This document shows, piece after piece, positions 1-9,226 of a stretch of 44,665 bases of DNA. How positions within the stretch are numbered: position 1 is the stretch's first letter; each line of letters starts with the position of its first letter. The position numbers and the translations under genes are program-made. The stretch comes from Bdellovibrionales bacterium RIFOXYD12_FULL_39_22 (GTDB lineage Bacteria; Bdellovibrionota; Bacteriovoracia; Bacteriovoracales; Bacteriovoracaceae). The notes under the pieces were generated by a model, which was given only the letters and a program-made list of their open reading frames with translations, was not told the DNA's origin and did no database searches. The stretch lies in contig MEQL01000041.1 of assembly GCA_001770205.1 (NCBI GenBank), positions 62,001-106,665 of the forward strand, written 5' to 3'.

Positions 1-718
1 GAGAGACGTAGACTTGAAAGATGTCAGTTTGCCCGGGATCGGAAACACCATCATACGGATGGCGATATCTGGTAGTCAGATTGGCGATGGCCGGAGAGGT
101 ATCATCACTTACATATCCAAAGGCTGAATATGAAGTATTTCCATCATAGGAGTTGGCCTTAACACAATAAAGTGCAGAAAAATAATCGATTACAAATTTA
201 TCAGAGGCGGAAGTGCCACCAGTAAAAGAGGGCGAATGGGCAGTGGCCAAGCTAGATCCATTAAAATCGGCGCAAGCATTAGATGGCCCAGGTCCGGCCG
301 AATACATTTCGGCATGATAGATTAATCCAATTAAGGTGGTGCTGGTTAATTTATACTTGTTGAATACATCGGTACCATCACCAATACCTCCTGCGGAAAG
401 TGCGGCATCCAGCTCGGCACGTACATCAGCTGGGCAATGTCCAGAGTAATCAGTTTCATCATTATTTGGCATGTAGCATTCTTGTTTGATGAAAGAATTT
501 ATGTAGGCAACTCCGGCAATATTTCCAGTCCCTTTTAGTTGCTTGCCAGCGGCCACTTCTATCTGAGGAAGAGAATTGGCGGCATCGGCGGTAAATGCCA
601 GGTCGGAAGATAGTCCAATGTCGTCGGTGTTATCACCTCCACCATCATCATCAGATCCACATCCTGCAAACGCCAATAAGAATAAGGCCAATAGAAATTT
701 TAAGAGTGAAAACTTCAT
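1..718 (-). CDS. Lipoprotein of unknown function (partial, runs off the window start)
   Basis: Not in the ORF track. ATG at 718 with GGAGG RBS upstream. Translates MKFSLLKFLLALFLLAFAGCGSDDDGGGDNTDD..., a signal peptide with lipobox FAGC. Frame stays open to the window edge. Confidence 0.8.
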   Translation of the reverse strand, partial: MKFSLLKFLLALFLLAFAGCGSDDDGGGDNTDDIGLSSDLAFTADAANSLPQIEVAAGKQLKGTGNIAGVAYINSFIKQECYMPNNDETDYSGHCPADVRAELDAALSAGGIGDGTDVFNKYKLTSTTLIGLIYHAEMYSAGPGPSNACADFNGSSLATAHSPSFTGGTSASDKFVIDYFSALYCVKANSYDGNTSYSAFGYVSDDTSPAIANLTTRYRHPYDGVSDPGQTDIFQVYVS

Positions 719-805
719 ACAGAATCCTCCTTGAATTGCATTAAGTTATTTTATTTGGATTAATATTATTTCTTTTTATCTGTCGGTGCAAGCGCTTCAA
801 GGATT

Positions 806-3052
806 TTATTGAATATTCTTTTTAAAGAAATCTAACATAAGAATAGATGGTAGTAGTAACATATCGGCCATTAGTCCAACCAAAAGAGATAATAAAATTA
901 GTACACCTACTTGAATAAAAAGGCGCAGGTCGGCCAGCAAAAAACAGGGGAAGCAGAGTAAAAATACTAACGTCGTGCCGACTAGTGCGCGAAAAGATTC
1001 TTCCAAAGAAAAGAAAATGGCATCTTCCATTGATTGCTTTTGTTGCAGGTGGCGACGCAGTTCGAAGAGAAAATGAATGGTGTCATCTACGGCAATGCCT
1101 AAGGTGATGCAGGCCAAGATAACTAAGTTGGACTCCCAAGTTATTTTAAATAATCCCATTAGACCACTGATAAAGATTAGTGGATATAAATTGGGAATCA
1201 TTGCTAAAATAGACCATCGGAGAGAGCGATATAAAAAAAGAAAGACAAAAAAGATCAGAAGTAGATCGGTTAGAAATGATTGAAGAAAGCTGCGGATTAC
1301 AGAGTTGTTTATGTAACTACGGATAGCGGAAAAACCGCCGGTTTTTATCTCCAAAGAATGATACTCTTTTTTACGAGCTATTTTTTTTATATCTTTGATA
1401 GTTTGCTCTAATTTTTCAGAATTAAGAGTATTTAAAAATACTATTGTCCTGGCCTGATTATCGGGACGAAAAAGAAAGTTACCTAGAGCGCGATAGTTGT
1501 ACAGTAGGTTATATAAAGCATCGGAAAGGGATTGGGTTTTTATATCTACAAGATCATTTTGCGGCAGCTTGCTTTTAATCTCATTTTGTAAATGAGAAAA
1601 AAGTAGTGCCAATGATTTTAGGTGTGAGACTGCCGGAAGAGATTCTATTTCCTTTTCAAACAAGGCCGCAAGTTTTTGATTTTTTTCATTGGTTATTTCA
1701 CCCTGTTTGGCAGAGATTAAGATATCAATGGAACCAACGTAGTTATACTTTTCAGAAAAAGCATCTACGGATTTGGTAAGTGGATGATCATCGACAAATT
1801 TGCGATAGAGATTATCATCTACATGCAAGGTGGTGGAGTAATAAGTAAAGATGGCCGCGGCCAAGACAAAGGCTGCAATAATAGTTTTTTTAAAGCGAGT
1901 AATAAATCGCTTGAGAGGTGTGACATCAGTGAAAAATTCGGTGGTGGTGGGAAAGCTAAAGTTAAAAGTTTTTAAAATAAATGGAAGGAGGGTAAAGGAG
2001 TAGATGTAACAGATAAAGGTTCCTGTAGCACAGTAGATGCCAAAATAGCGAATGGGAATGTTGTTGTCGGCCACTAACGATAAAAAACCAATAGCGGTAG
2101 TGGTGGTGGTTAGCAAACATGGTTTATAAGCGGCCTTAACTGCCTGGGCAATGCGAAGGTTGTGATCCGGAACGTTCATTTGTCCTAATTTCGTGAATAG
2201 ATGAATCATGTCAGAAGTGGAAGTAATTAAAACAAAAAAAAGAGCAAAGGAGCTATAAGGGCCAATTCCACCTTCATTGAGAACAATTACAATTATAGTA
2301 GTGGCATAACTCGCAATAAGCGTAAAGAGAGACCAGAAAACGACTTGGAGTGAGCGAAACATAATGAAAAAGAAAAGGCCAATTAGGGCCAAAATTAGTG
2401 GCGTGATGATAGTTTGATTCCGCACCATCTCTCGAGTGAAGTGATAATTGGCCACTTCTGTTCCAAGATAATGTACTTCTAAATTGGCCCACTGCTTTTG
2501 AAGAGGGGCCAGTCTCTTCATAAGGTTGGCCACAAAAGGAACTTTTTCTTTAGGAGAGAGGGTGCTCTTGATCATCAAAGAAATAACGAAGGATTGATGG
2601 GCCTCATCGATTAGAGTTTTGCTCCAAAATTTACTTTCTAGTTGAGCTTGTCCTTCGGCGGTTATCCCTATATTATCCAAAAAGGAATTCATCTCAAAGC
2701 GTTGATAATGTGAATTATAGATAACATATTTAGCGTTGTATAAGGATTGATCACCAACGGCGTTGGCAGTGAATTTAATTTTTTTGCCAAATTCTTTGAC
2801 GGTGGCCAAAAGCTCCGATGAGGAGAAGGGGCCATTGGACTTTTTTACGAGGATATAGATTTGGTTTTCATCATTAAATTTTTTACTATAATCCTCATAT
2901 TGTAAGCGGACAGGATGATTTTTTGGTAGCAGATTTTGGATTTGGAAGGGATTTATTTTAGAAAGTAAGATAGCGGTGGTGGAAATAATGGCCAGCCCGA
3001 TGGCGAAAATTACCATCTTCGCAACAAGTTTGGATTTAACTTTCGAAGTCAT
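806..3052 (-). CDS. MMPL/RND-family transporter
   Basis: 748 aa with two repeats of TM + periplasmic domain + TM bundle. Motifs SDMIH and GIAVDDTIH. Confidence 0.85.
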   Translation of the reverse strand: MTSKVKSKLVAKMVIFAIGLAIISTTAILLSKINPFQIQNLLPKNHPVRLQYEDYSKKFNDENQIYILVKKSNGPFSSSELLATVKEFGKKIKFTANAVGDQSLYNAKYVIYNSHYQRFEMNSFLDNIGITAEGQAQLESKFWSKTLIDEAHQSFVISLMIKSTLSPKEKVPFVANLMKRLAPLQKQWANLEVHYLGTEVANYHFTREMVRNQTIITPLILALIGLFFFIMFRSLQVVFWSLFTLIASYATTIIVIVLNEGGIGPYSSFALFFVLITSTSDMIHLFTKLGQMNVPDHNLRIAQAVKAAYKPCLLTTTTTAIGFLSLVADNNIPIRYFGIYCATGTFICYIYSFTLLPFILKTFNFSFPTTTEFFTDVTPLKRFITRFKKTIIAAFVLAAAIFTYYSTTLHVDDNLYRKFVDDHPLTKSVDAFSEKYNYVGSIDILISAKQGEITNEKNQKLAALFEKEIESLPAVSHLKSLALLFSHLQNEIKSKLPQNDLVDIKTQSLSDALYNLLYNYRALGNFLFRPDNQARTIVFLNTLNSEKLEQTIKDIKKIARKKEYHSLEIKTGGFSAIRSYINNSVIRSFLQSFLTDLLLIFFVFLFLYRSLRWSILAMIPNLYPLIFISGLMGLFKITWESNLVILACITLGIAVDDTIHFLFELRRHLQQKQSMEDAIFFSLEESFRALVGTTLVFLLCFPCFLLADLRLFIQVGVLILLSLLVGLMADMLLLPSILMLDFFKKNIQ

Positions 3053-3494
3053 CTTCAGGTTTTCTGATAATTTTTAAAATATGATCGATTTTACTTTGGT
3101 TGATTTCTGTTCGCTCTGTAAAGCCGTTAGTGGTGATGGAGCGTTCTTCCCAGAATTTATCAAAAAACTGTTTTTGGGAGATAATTACAAAAAGTTGAGA
3201 GCCAAATTTAATTTCGTCGGAGGGGGATAATTTAATCTCTTCTTGTGGCTTGATTATTTGGCCATTAACTCGCGTACCGTTTGTTGAACCCAAGTCCTTA
3301 ATAAAGACGTTATTTTTTCGTAATTCAATTGCAAAGTGCAGGCGACTTACTTTTTTATCATTAGGAAAGTTTACATCCCCACCCTCTCGCCCAATTACCA
3401 GTGATTTGGTGATATCAACGCAGCTGCGCTTATTTATATCAATTAGGTACCAAGTTTTATATTTTTTTGCCCCGATGGTGGAATTTGTGCTCAT
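3036..3494 (-). CDS. FHA domain protein
   Basis: IGR...VSRLH...DLGSTNGTRVNG FHA signature. Confidence 0.9.
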   Translation of the reverse strand: MSTNSTIGAKKYKTWYLIDINKRSCVDITKSLVIGREGGDVNFPNDKKVSRLHFAIELRKNNVFIKDLGSTNGTRVNGQIIKPQEEIKLSPSDEIKFGSQLFVIISQKQFFDKFWEERSITTNGFTERTEINQSKIDHILKIIRKPEDDFES

Positions 3495-3913
3495 AGTCCT
3501 ACTTTTTTAGAGGGGACAACAACTGTCTTTTCTGCAAAACCTAAACGATCCCGGCCATCTTCTTCGGAAAAATTATCAAAAGCTTGATGGTTATCGATAA
3601 AAATAAATTCTTGCTTACCTATTTTTATTTTGTCATTAATTTGCAAAATAGTGGTAGTGCTAACAGGGATAGGCAGATCATTTATAAGAGTGCCATTTGT
3701 AGATCCGAGGTCAATAATAGAAACACCAAATTCATTGATGGAGATGCGGCAGTGAATTCGACTAATCTCTTTATCTCCCGGAAAATTCAAAGTAGCAGAT
3801 TCTCGGCCAATAGACATATCGTCTGTCAAATCGAGGTAGCTTCGCGCTTGTAGACTAAAAAAATACCAACCAGTATGATGTTCAGATTTCTTGGTAGTGT
3901 GATTATGTTCCAT
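3491..3913 (-). CDS. FHA domain protein (paralog of neighbour)
   Basis: IGR...ISRIH...DLGSTNGTLIN. ATGA overlap with the next gene. Confidence 0.9.
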   Translation of the reverse strand: MEHNHTTKKSEHHTGWYFFSLQARSYLDLTDDMSIGRESATLNFPGDKEISRIHCRISINEFGVSIIDLGSTNGTLINDLPIPVSTTTILQINDKIKIGKQEFIFIDNHQAFDNFSEEDGRDRLGFAEKTVVVPSKKVGL

Positions 3914-4039
3914 ATAGTATATTCTTACGCTAAGTACATATTTAAGTTTAGTGGAAAATATTAGGATGTAAATGTTGATAATTTGCCTATCAACCTAGCA
4001 ATAAAGAAGATTGAAAGAAACATAGTGGAGTTAAATGAT

Positions 4040-4612
4040 ATGAATAATTTTCAAGAACTAGTAAAAAAAAATCGTAGTTATCGCCGTTTTTGGCAAGAGG
4101 TTGCCATCTCTAAAAAAAAATTAGAGGAGCTTGTTGATTGTGCTCGCCTGGTTGCTTCTGGCCGCAATATTCAACCGCTAAAATATTATCTCTCATATAC
4201 ACCAGAGATGAATGCCAAAATTTTTCCTCACCTAAAATGGGCCGGACACCTTAAAAATTGGGCCGGGCCAGAAGAAGGAGAAAGGCCCTCTGCCTATATC
4301 GTGGTATTGCTGGATCGTCAGATTGCAGAGAATGCTTACATTGATCATGGGATTGCAATGCAGACACTTTTGTTGGCGGCCGTGGAAAGTGGATTAGGGG
4401 GGTGTATGATTGCTTCTATAAATAAGGAAAAATTGCGCACGCTTTTGGCCATAGAAGAAAATCGTTATGATATTTTGGCAGTGGTGGCGTTGGGAAAACC
4501 AAAGGAGATAGTCAGATTGGTTGATATGCAAGGCGATGAGTATAAATATTGGCGCAACGAAAAAGATGAACACTTTGTACCAAAGCGATTGCTAAAAGAT
4601 ATCATAATCTAA
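4040..4612 (+). CDS. Nitroreductase family protein
   Basis: NRSYRRF, ASGRNIQP, DHGIAMQTLLLAAVESGLGGC, KR near C-terminus. Start moved to ATG 4040 after GGAG. Confidence 0.88.
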   Translation: MNNFQELVKKNRSYRRFWQEVAISKKKLEELVDCARLVASGRNIQPLKYYLSYTPEMNAKIFPHLKWAGHLKNWAGPEEGERPSAYIVVLLDRQIAENAYIDHGIAMQTLLLAAVESGLGGCMIASINKEKLRTLLAIEENRYDILAVVALGKPKEIVRLVDMQGDEYKYWRNEKDEHFVPKRLLKDIII

Positions 4613-6044
4613 CATTTTGTTCATCATACTGCTGAGGTGCTTCCTTACGACAATCGGATGAATTCTCCCAGGCCCCAATTAAAGAGGCATCTCCATCTTG
4701 TTCTCCGGCAATCGTCTCGGCAAAAACGAGATTGCTAATAGCGTTTTTTGAAGAGCGGCGATATTTATATCTATTGGGAAATCTCCATTCTTGGTAGTTC
4801 TTCTCTAGCATCATGCGAAATAAGAAGAGTTTTCGATGCGCCCAATTGTCTGGGTCGAAATTGGTTTGATACTTTCTATTGAAGGAGACAAGATCATTGT
4901 AGGCCTGAAAGACATATCCCTCTCCTCCGTTGTAGGCGGCCAAGGCCTTGCGCCAGAGATTACGTTTATTGGGATCTAGCGACTTCCACTCAATCTCGTT
5001 ATCACTGGCCCGTGGATAGAAATCATTTACTCGTTTATATTTGGCCACCAAGATTTTAATGGCCTCTTTTAAATTAGTGATAGGGTGAGTAAGACAGGAC
5101 GGATTGGCCTTGTTGGTGCAGTATCTCTTATTATAAGTTTTGGTGTTTATTTGAAATAATCCTAAACTTTTGCTACCGGAGTCCTCATCATTAGTCGCCC
5201 CACAGCGGCCAACGGACTCTTTTGTCATCATGGCCAGCAAAAGATTTGCTGGAATTCCATTGAATTTTGCCTCTTCGTGCAGGGATTGTAGAAACTTCTC
5301 AAAAGGAGGAGGTGCGCAAGTGCTGTTATAGTTATTTGCTACTAGACAAATTTCTTTATAGTTTCTAATAGTGGCCATTTTTGTTCTTTCGACATTTTTT
5401 TGCGCCAGAATTTCTGCAACATCACGGGCCAATTTTTCAGAAGCAGCATTGGGAATAAATTCAACAGGACAAATAGGAAGAGGGTCTGCCACTGAGAGTT
5501 GAGCGAGTGGAGTAGAAGGTGTGATTGCATCCATCCGTTGGGGAGGTGTTGTGGGATAGAGAAGGGTCTCTTCCGTGGCCAGCAGTTGCAGATCTCTCTC
5601 TCGTGCTAGGGCCCCGACATTGACTTCGCCAATAGTCCCAGGGGGAAGTCGATTATCCGGTGTGCTTACCACAGTTACGGGGACAAAATAGTCTCGCTTT
5701 ATTTTACCATCTTCGTGAGGGAAGCGTTTGAGCTTATGGTGATTGGCCAGCCAGAAGTTAAGAGCATGCTCTGAAGCTCCTTTTAATTCTTTAGGAAAAT
5801 ATTTATCGGGAATAGTGAGAATGGTTCCTCGCGGGAGGGTGGCGATTTTATCTAAAAGTACTTCATCCGTTGCGGGAGTATCGGCCCGCAGATTTAAATC
5901 GTTATCTAACTTAATCTCGATGGCGCTAGAGGAAAGGGAGAGCAGCAGCAGCGCGGCCCAAAAGGCCGAGATTATTTTCTCTTTTTTATGAAAAAAACTT
6001 TTAATGTATGCTCCCGACTGTTTTGTTTTAAACACTCCGTCCAA
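4602..6044 (-). CDS. Secreted lytic transglycosylase (SLT domain) with SH3b-like N-terminal segment
   Basis: SLT motifs MTKES, GLFQI, ALAAYNGGEG. Hydrophobic signal segment and LNLRA...IATLPRGT. Start codon uncertain. Confidence 0.8.
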   Translation of the reverse strand: MDGVFKTKQSGAYIKSFFHKKEKIISAFWAALLLLSLSSSAIEIKLDNDLNLRADTPATDEVLLDKIATLPRGTILTIPDKYFPKELKGASEHALNFWLANHHKLKRFPHEDGKIKRDYFVPVTVVSTPDNRLPPGTIGEVNVGALARERDLQLLATEETLLYPTTPPQRMDAITPSTPLAQLSVADPLPICPVEFIPNAASEKLARDVAEILAQKNVERTKMATIRNYKEICLVANNYNSTCAPPPFEKFLQSLHEEAKFNGIPANLLLAMMTKESVGRCGATNDEDSGSKSLGLFQINTKTYNKRYCTNKANPSCLTHPITNLKEAIKILVAKYKRVNDFYPRASDNEIEWKSLDPNKRNLWRKALAAYNGGEGYVFQAYNDLVSFNRKYQTNFDPDNWAHRKLFLFRMMLEKNYQEWRFPNRYKYRRSSKNAISNLVFAETIAGEQDGDASLIGAWENSSDCRKEAPQQYDEQNVRL

Positions 6045-6119
6045 TAATATTATTGTAGTCTCTTGTCGGAGCGTTATAAACGGAGAAAAAAATACCGAAA
6101 AGATGTGTAGTTGATTTTT

Positions 6120-6497
6120 TTAGTCAACCTGCAGTTCAATCTTCATATTGTATTGTTGTCCTAAATCATGAAGTATTTTGTTAACAGTGCTTTTGGGGAT
6201 TAGTATGTCAATAACAGAGAATTTGGTGCGTAAATCAATAGCGCACTTATCTTCGCAGACAAAATCGCTACTAGAAATCTGAACGAATTTAATGGGATCT
6301 TGATTTTTGAAGGTTGAATACCATTTAAAAAAATCGATAAGTTTATCGGTTAAATTATCAATAATCTCTTGCTTGGATTCTTTATCTGCGTTGTAGAGGA
6401 AGCGTCCAGTGTCCATCTGTTTGCCATTAATTGTGATATTCACAATTCCGTGAGAGGCCAACGCTAGCGTGTTATTTAAACATTTTGGACAATACAT
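6120..6497 (-). CDS. Hypothetical protein, possible zinc-binding
   Basis: MYCPKC at the N-terminus and CEDKC later. Confidence 0.65.
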   Translation of the reverse strand: MYCPKCLNNTLALASHGIVNITINGKQMDTGRFLYNADKESKQEIIDNLTDKLIDFFKWYSTFKNQDPIKFVQISSSDFVCEDKCAIDLRTKFSVIDILIPKSTVNKILHDLGQQYNMKIELQVD

Positions 6498-6618
6498 AGC
6501 GAAATCGTTTTTTTTAGCTGTTTTAGGTTAGTTTAATTATGTTATAATTTTTTTTTATAAGCAAGCAGTTTATCGCCTGTGTTATTGGCCTGGCCTATTT
6601 TTGCCCGGGAGGCATAGC

Positions 6619-7482
6619 ATGATTCATGAAACGAAACAGATTAAAATGATCGATGGAATTTCTCTGCATGCACAGATTCGAGAAATTGGATCGCCTTATT
6701 GGATCGTGGCCGTGCATGGAATTGCGGAGCACCTAGGTCGGCATAAATATATTGCGGAATTATTGGGAGCAGATTTTAATATTCTACAGTTTGATTTACG
6801 TGGCCATGGAAAGAGTGAGGGACGGCGGGCGCACGTGGATAATTTTAAGCAATATTATCAAGATTTGTCCGAAGTGATAAATTTTTTAAAAGTGGAATTT
6901 CGGCCAGAAAAATATGCCTTAATGGGCCATTCCATGGGGGCATTAATTATTTGCGGGTATTTGGCGGATTATGTGCGCGATGATTTTTATCCATCACTAT
7001 GCTTTATCACCGCACCTCCAATTGTATTATCGGGAGCACTAGGATCAATTTTTAATTACTCTCCGCTATCTTTGGTGCAATGGTTGGCCTCGATTTCTGC
7101 GAGCGTCGAATTAGCGGGGTTGGTGGATTTAAGTTATCTTTCACATGACGCTAGAGTGCGAGAGCAATATATTCATGATGATTTAAATGCATTAAAACTT
7201 CATACCAAATTGGCCTTGGAGTTGGTGAAGAGCGCTAAAGAGGTTTATCGAAAACCGCTTAGAGTAAAATGTCCGGCGGTTTGCGCGATTGGTTCTGCGG
7301 ATCGAGTCGTTAGTGTCAATGCCGTTCGTGATTATTTTGGACAGGTGGAAAAGGGCTTCCTTTTGAAGATTTTTGATGGTGCCTATCATGAGTTACATAA
7401 TGAGGTTGGCAAATATCGTGAGCCCTATTTTGCCTTTCTGAAAGAGATCTTTCGCGATGTTTTTTATCCTCGCAATGATTGA
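6619..7482 (+). CDS. Alpha/beta hydrolase, lysophospholipase/monoacylglycerol lipase (Hydrolase_4) type
   Basis: VHGIAEHLGRH, DLRGHGKSEG, GHSMG, D...YHELHNE. ATG 6619 after GGAGG. Confidence 0.9.
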   Translation: MIHETKQIKMIDGISLHAQIREIGSPYWIVAVHGIAEHLGRHKYIAELLGADFNILQFDLRGHGKSEGRRAHVDNFKQYYQDLSEVINFLKVEFRPEKYALMGHSMGALIICGYLADYVRDDFYPSLCFITAPPIVLSGALGSIFNYSPLSLVQWLASISASVELAGLVDLSYLSHDARVREQYIHDDLNALKLHTKLALELVKSAKEVYRKPLRVKCPAVCAIGSADRVVSVNAVRDYFGQVEKGFLLKIFDGAYHELHNEVGKYREPYFAFLKEIFRDVFYPRND

Positions 7483-7484
7483 TG
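7449..7484 (+). repeat. 36-bp direct repeat, left copy (3' end of the hydrolase gene)
   Basis: ctttcgcgatgttttttatcctcgcaatgattgatg is identical to 18010-18045. Confidence 0.95.
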
Positions 7485-7621
7485 AAGACGCATTACTTCG
7501 ATGGTAATTTCGCCTATCAACCTGACTTTCCGTCTGTAAGTTTTACTTAAGATCACTACTTTTTCACATCAGTTCCCATTTTTATGGTAAATGTGATGGG
7601 CCTAACTACAAGGATCATCAC

Positions 7622-9226
7622 ATGGATTTTAAATATATGATTTTTAAAGTAGTTGTTGTCTGTTTGTGGATTCTCACTCTTCCATCTGTCGGGTATTCTA
7701 TCACCTCCCAAGATATTACATATGAAATCGAAAACTTTCAATTTGAGGCAAGCGAGATAGAACAAACAGTAGCTTCCTATCAACAAATTCAGAAGTCATA
7801 TGTACAGCTTCATCGGGAACGCTCGAATCATTCAGAGCTCATGTTCCTCAAATATAAAATGGAAATATTCAATTATTGGTTTTCTCAAAAATTGATCAAA
7901 AATGTTGAAAAATTGGCCAGAAGCAGGGAGCAAGTTGAAGAAATTTTTGATTTACTGCCATTCATCTTAAAAGATGATTTTGCTCGCAAAATTGGAATTA
8001 AATCTTCAAAAAATTCCCCTGAAAAATTTTTGGAGGTCAAAACGCTAGAAAGAACCTTGTGGTCTCTTTTTGATAACTGGAAAAACCTATCGCTGGCAAC
8101 GAGTTATCCAATTGAAGGCGAGAGCGCCTATTTTCATGGAATTACATTTCAGACCGGGGACCTCATTGTTGGAGATACAAACACCTATAGTTATGAGTTG
8201 ACTACCGCAACTAGAGACACCGAAGAAACCGGGAATCACTCCGCAATTTTTGTGTTGATGCATGTTAATGGACGATCGGTTCCAACTGTTTTTGATATGC
8301 ATGCTGATGGCGTGAGGGCCACGCCACTTTCGCATTATCTAAATGGAAGAATAAATACTTATCTTGAAGTGTATCGCCTAGATGAAAAGGAAAGGAGATT
8401 GTTGGATAAAGATTGGCAGAGTAAAATTCGTGCCTATTTTGAAAAAGTGGTATTGAAACAGAGATCATACAAATTTGATTTCACCGCCAGGGTCGAAAAT
8501 AATGATCGAAATATGTTAACCTGTACTGAGCTAGTGGAAGAGGCGATGAGAGCTGGCGGCATTGCGCCAGTTACTGAGTTAACGACCACTTTACCAGTGG
8601 CCTATGAAGTCATCACTAAATTTGGTACTTTAAGTCGAGAATATTTGACTCCGGCAGATTTTGTTTTTGATGGGCGATTTAAGATGGTTGGGTATGTCGA
8701 TATGCTCAACATTAAAACAAACATTCTCGTCAAGCTGGAGAGTAACGTCTTTAGCAGGGTGCTCAAAGAGCAGAGTATCAACACAAACAAAGTATTAAAA
8801 GAAATTAATAGAAAGGCAAAATCTATTGCCAAGATTAGACAACCACGCTCCCTCTTGGGCAAAATCATAAGAAGTGTTTCGGACCTTACTATTTTATCAT
8901 TCCCAACAGGGGAACCAAATCTTATTGCCTTTAACTTACTTTTTAATGAAGAGACGGAGAACGCAGTAAAGTTATGTTCTGGGGAGAAAAAGGTTATAGT
9001 GGGATACAGGACGACAAATAAAGAAAGGGGAATCCCCATGCGAGAACCAATCAAGGGCAACGATCAATGTTATGACTATTTTTCACCATTGTTGGAAAAT
9101 CTTGATCCGACGTTTGATGTAAGAAACTTCTTAACAAATGAAGAAAATTTTCAAGTAATGAGTCGCGCGATGAAATCACTGTTAGTATATTTCAATTCAG
9201 CAGACGAGGACACCAGTGAAGAATAA
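7622..9226 (+). CDS. Exported permuted NlpC/P60 (YiiX/YebB-like) amidase or acyltransferase
   Basis: Signal-like N-terminus. Ordered motifs TGDLIV, NHSAIF, YKFDF, LTCTELV, LTPADF, with His before Cys (permuted order). Confidence 0.7.
   Translation: MDFKYMIFKVVVVCLWILTLPSVGYSITSQDITYEIENFQFEASEIEQTVASYQQIQKSYVQLHRERSNHSELMFLKYKMEIFNYWFSQKLIKNVEKLARSREQVEEIFDLLPFILKDDFARKIGIKSSKNSPEKFLEVKTLERTLWSLFDNWKNLSLATSYPIEGESAYFHGITFQTGDLIVGDTNTYSYELTTATRDTEETGNHSAIFVLMHVNGRSVPTVFDMHADGVRATPLSHYLNGRINTYLEVYRLDEKERRLLDKDWQSKIRAYFEKVVLKQRSYKFDFTARVENNDRNMLTCTELVEEAMRAGGIAPVTELTTTLPVAYEVITKFGTLSREYLTPADFVFDGRFKMVGYVDMLNIKTNILVKLESNVFSRVLKEQSINTNKVLKEINRKAKSIAKIRQPRSLLGKIIRSVSDLTILSFPTGEPNLIAFNLLFNEETENAVKLCSGEKKVIVGYRTTNKERGIPMREPIKGNDQCYDYFSPLLENLDPTFDVRNFLTNEENFQVMSRAMKSLLVYFNSADEDTSEE

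Noticed and set aside
6591..6604. Sigma54-like TGGC...TTGC upstream of the hydrolase
   Set aside because: GG-to-GC spacing is 9, not the required 10.
7526..7546. Further relic match (ttccgtctgta...agttt) to 20587-20608
   Set aside because: Too short and gapped to distinguish from chance, though colinear with the stronger relic.
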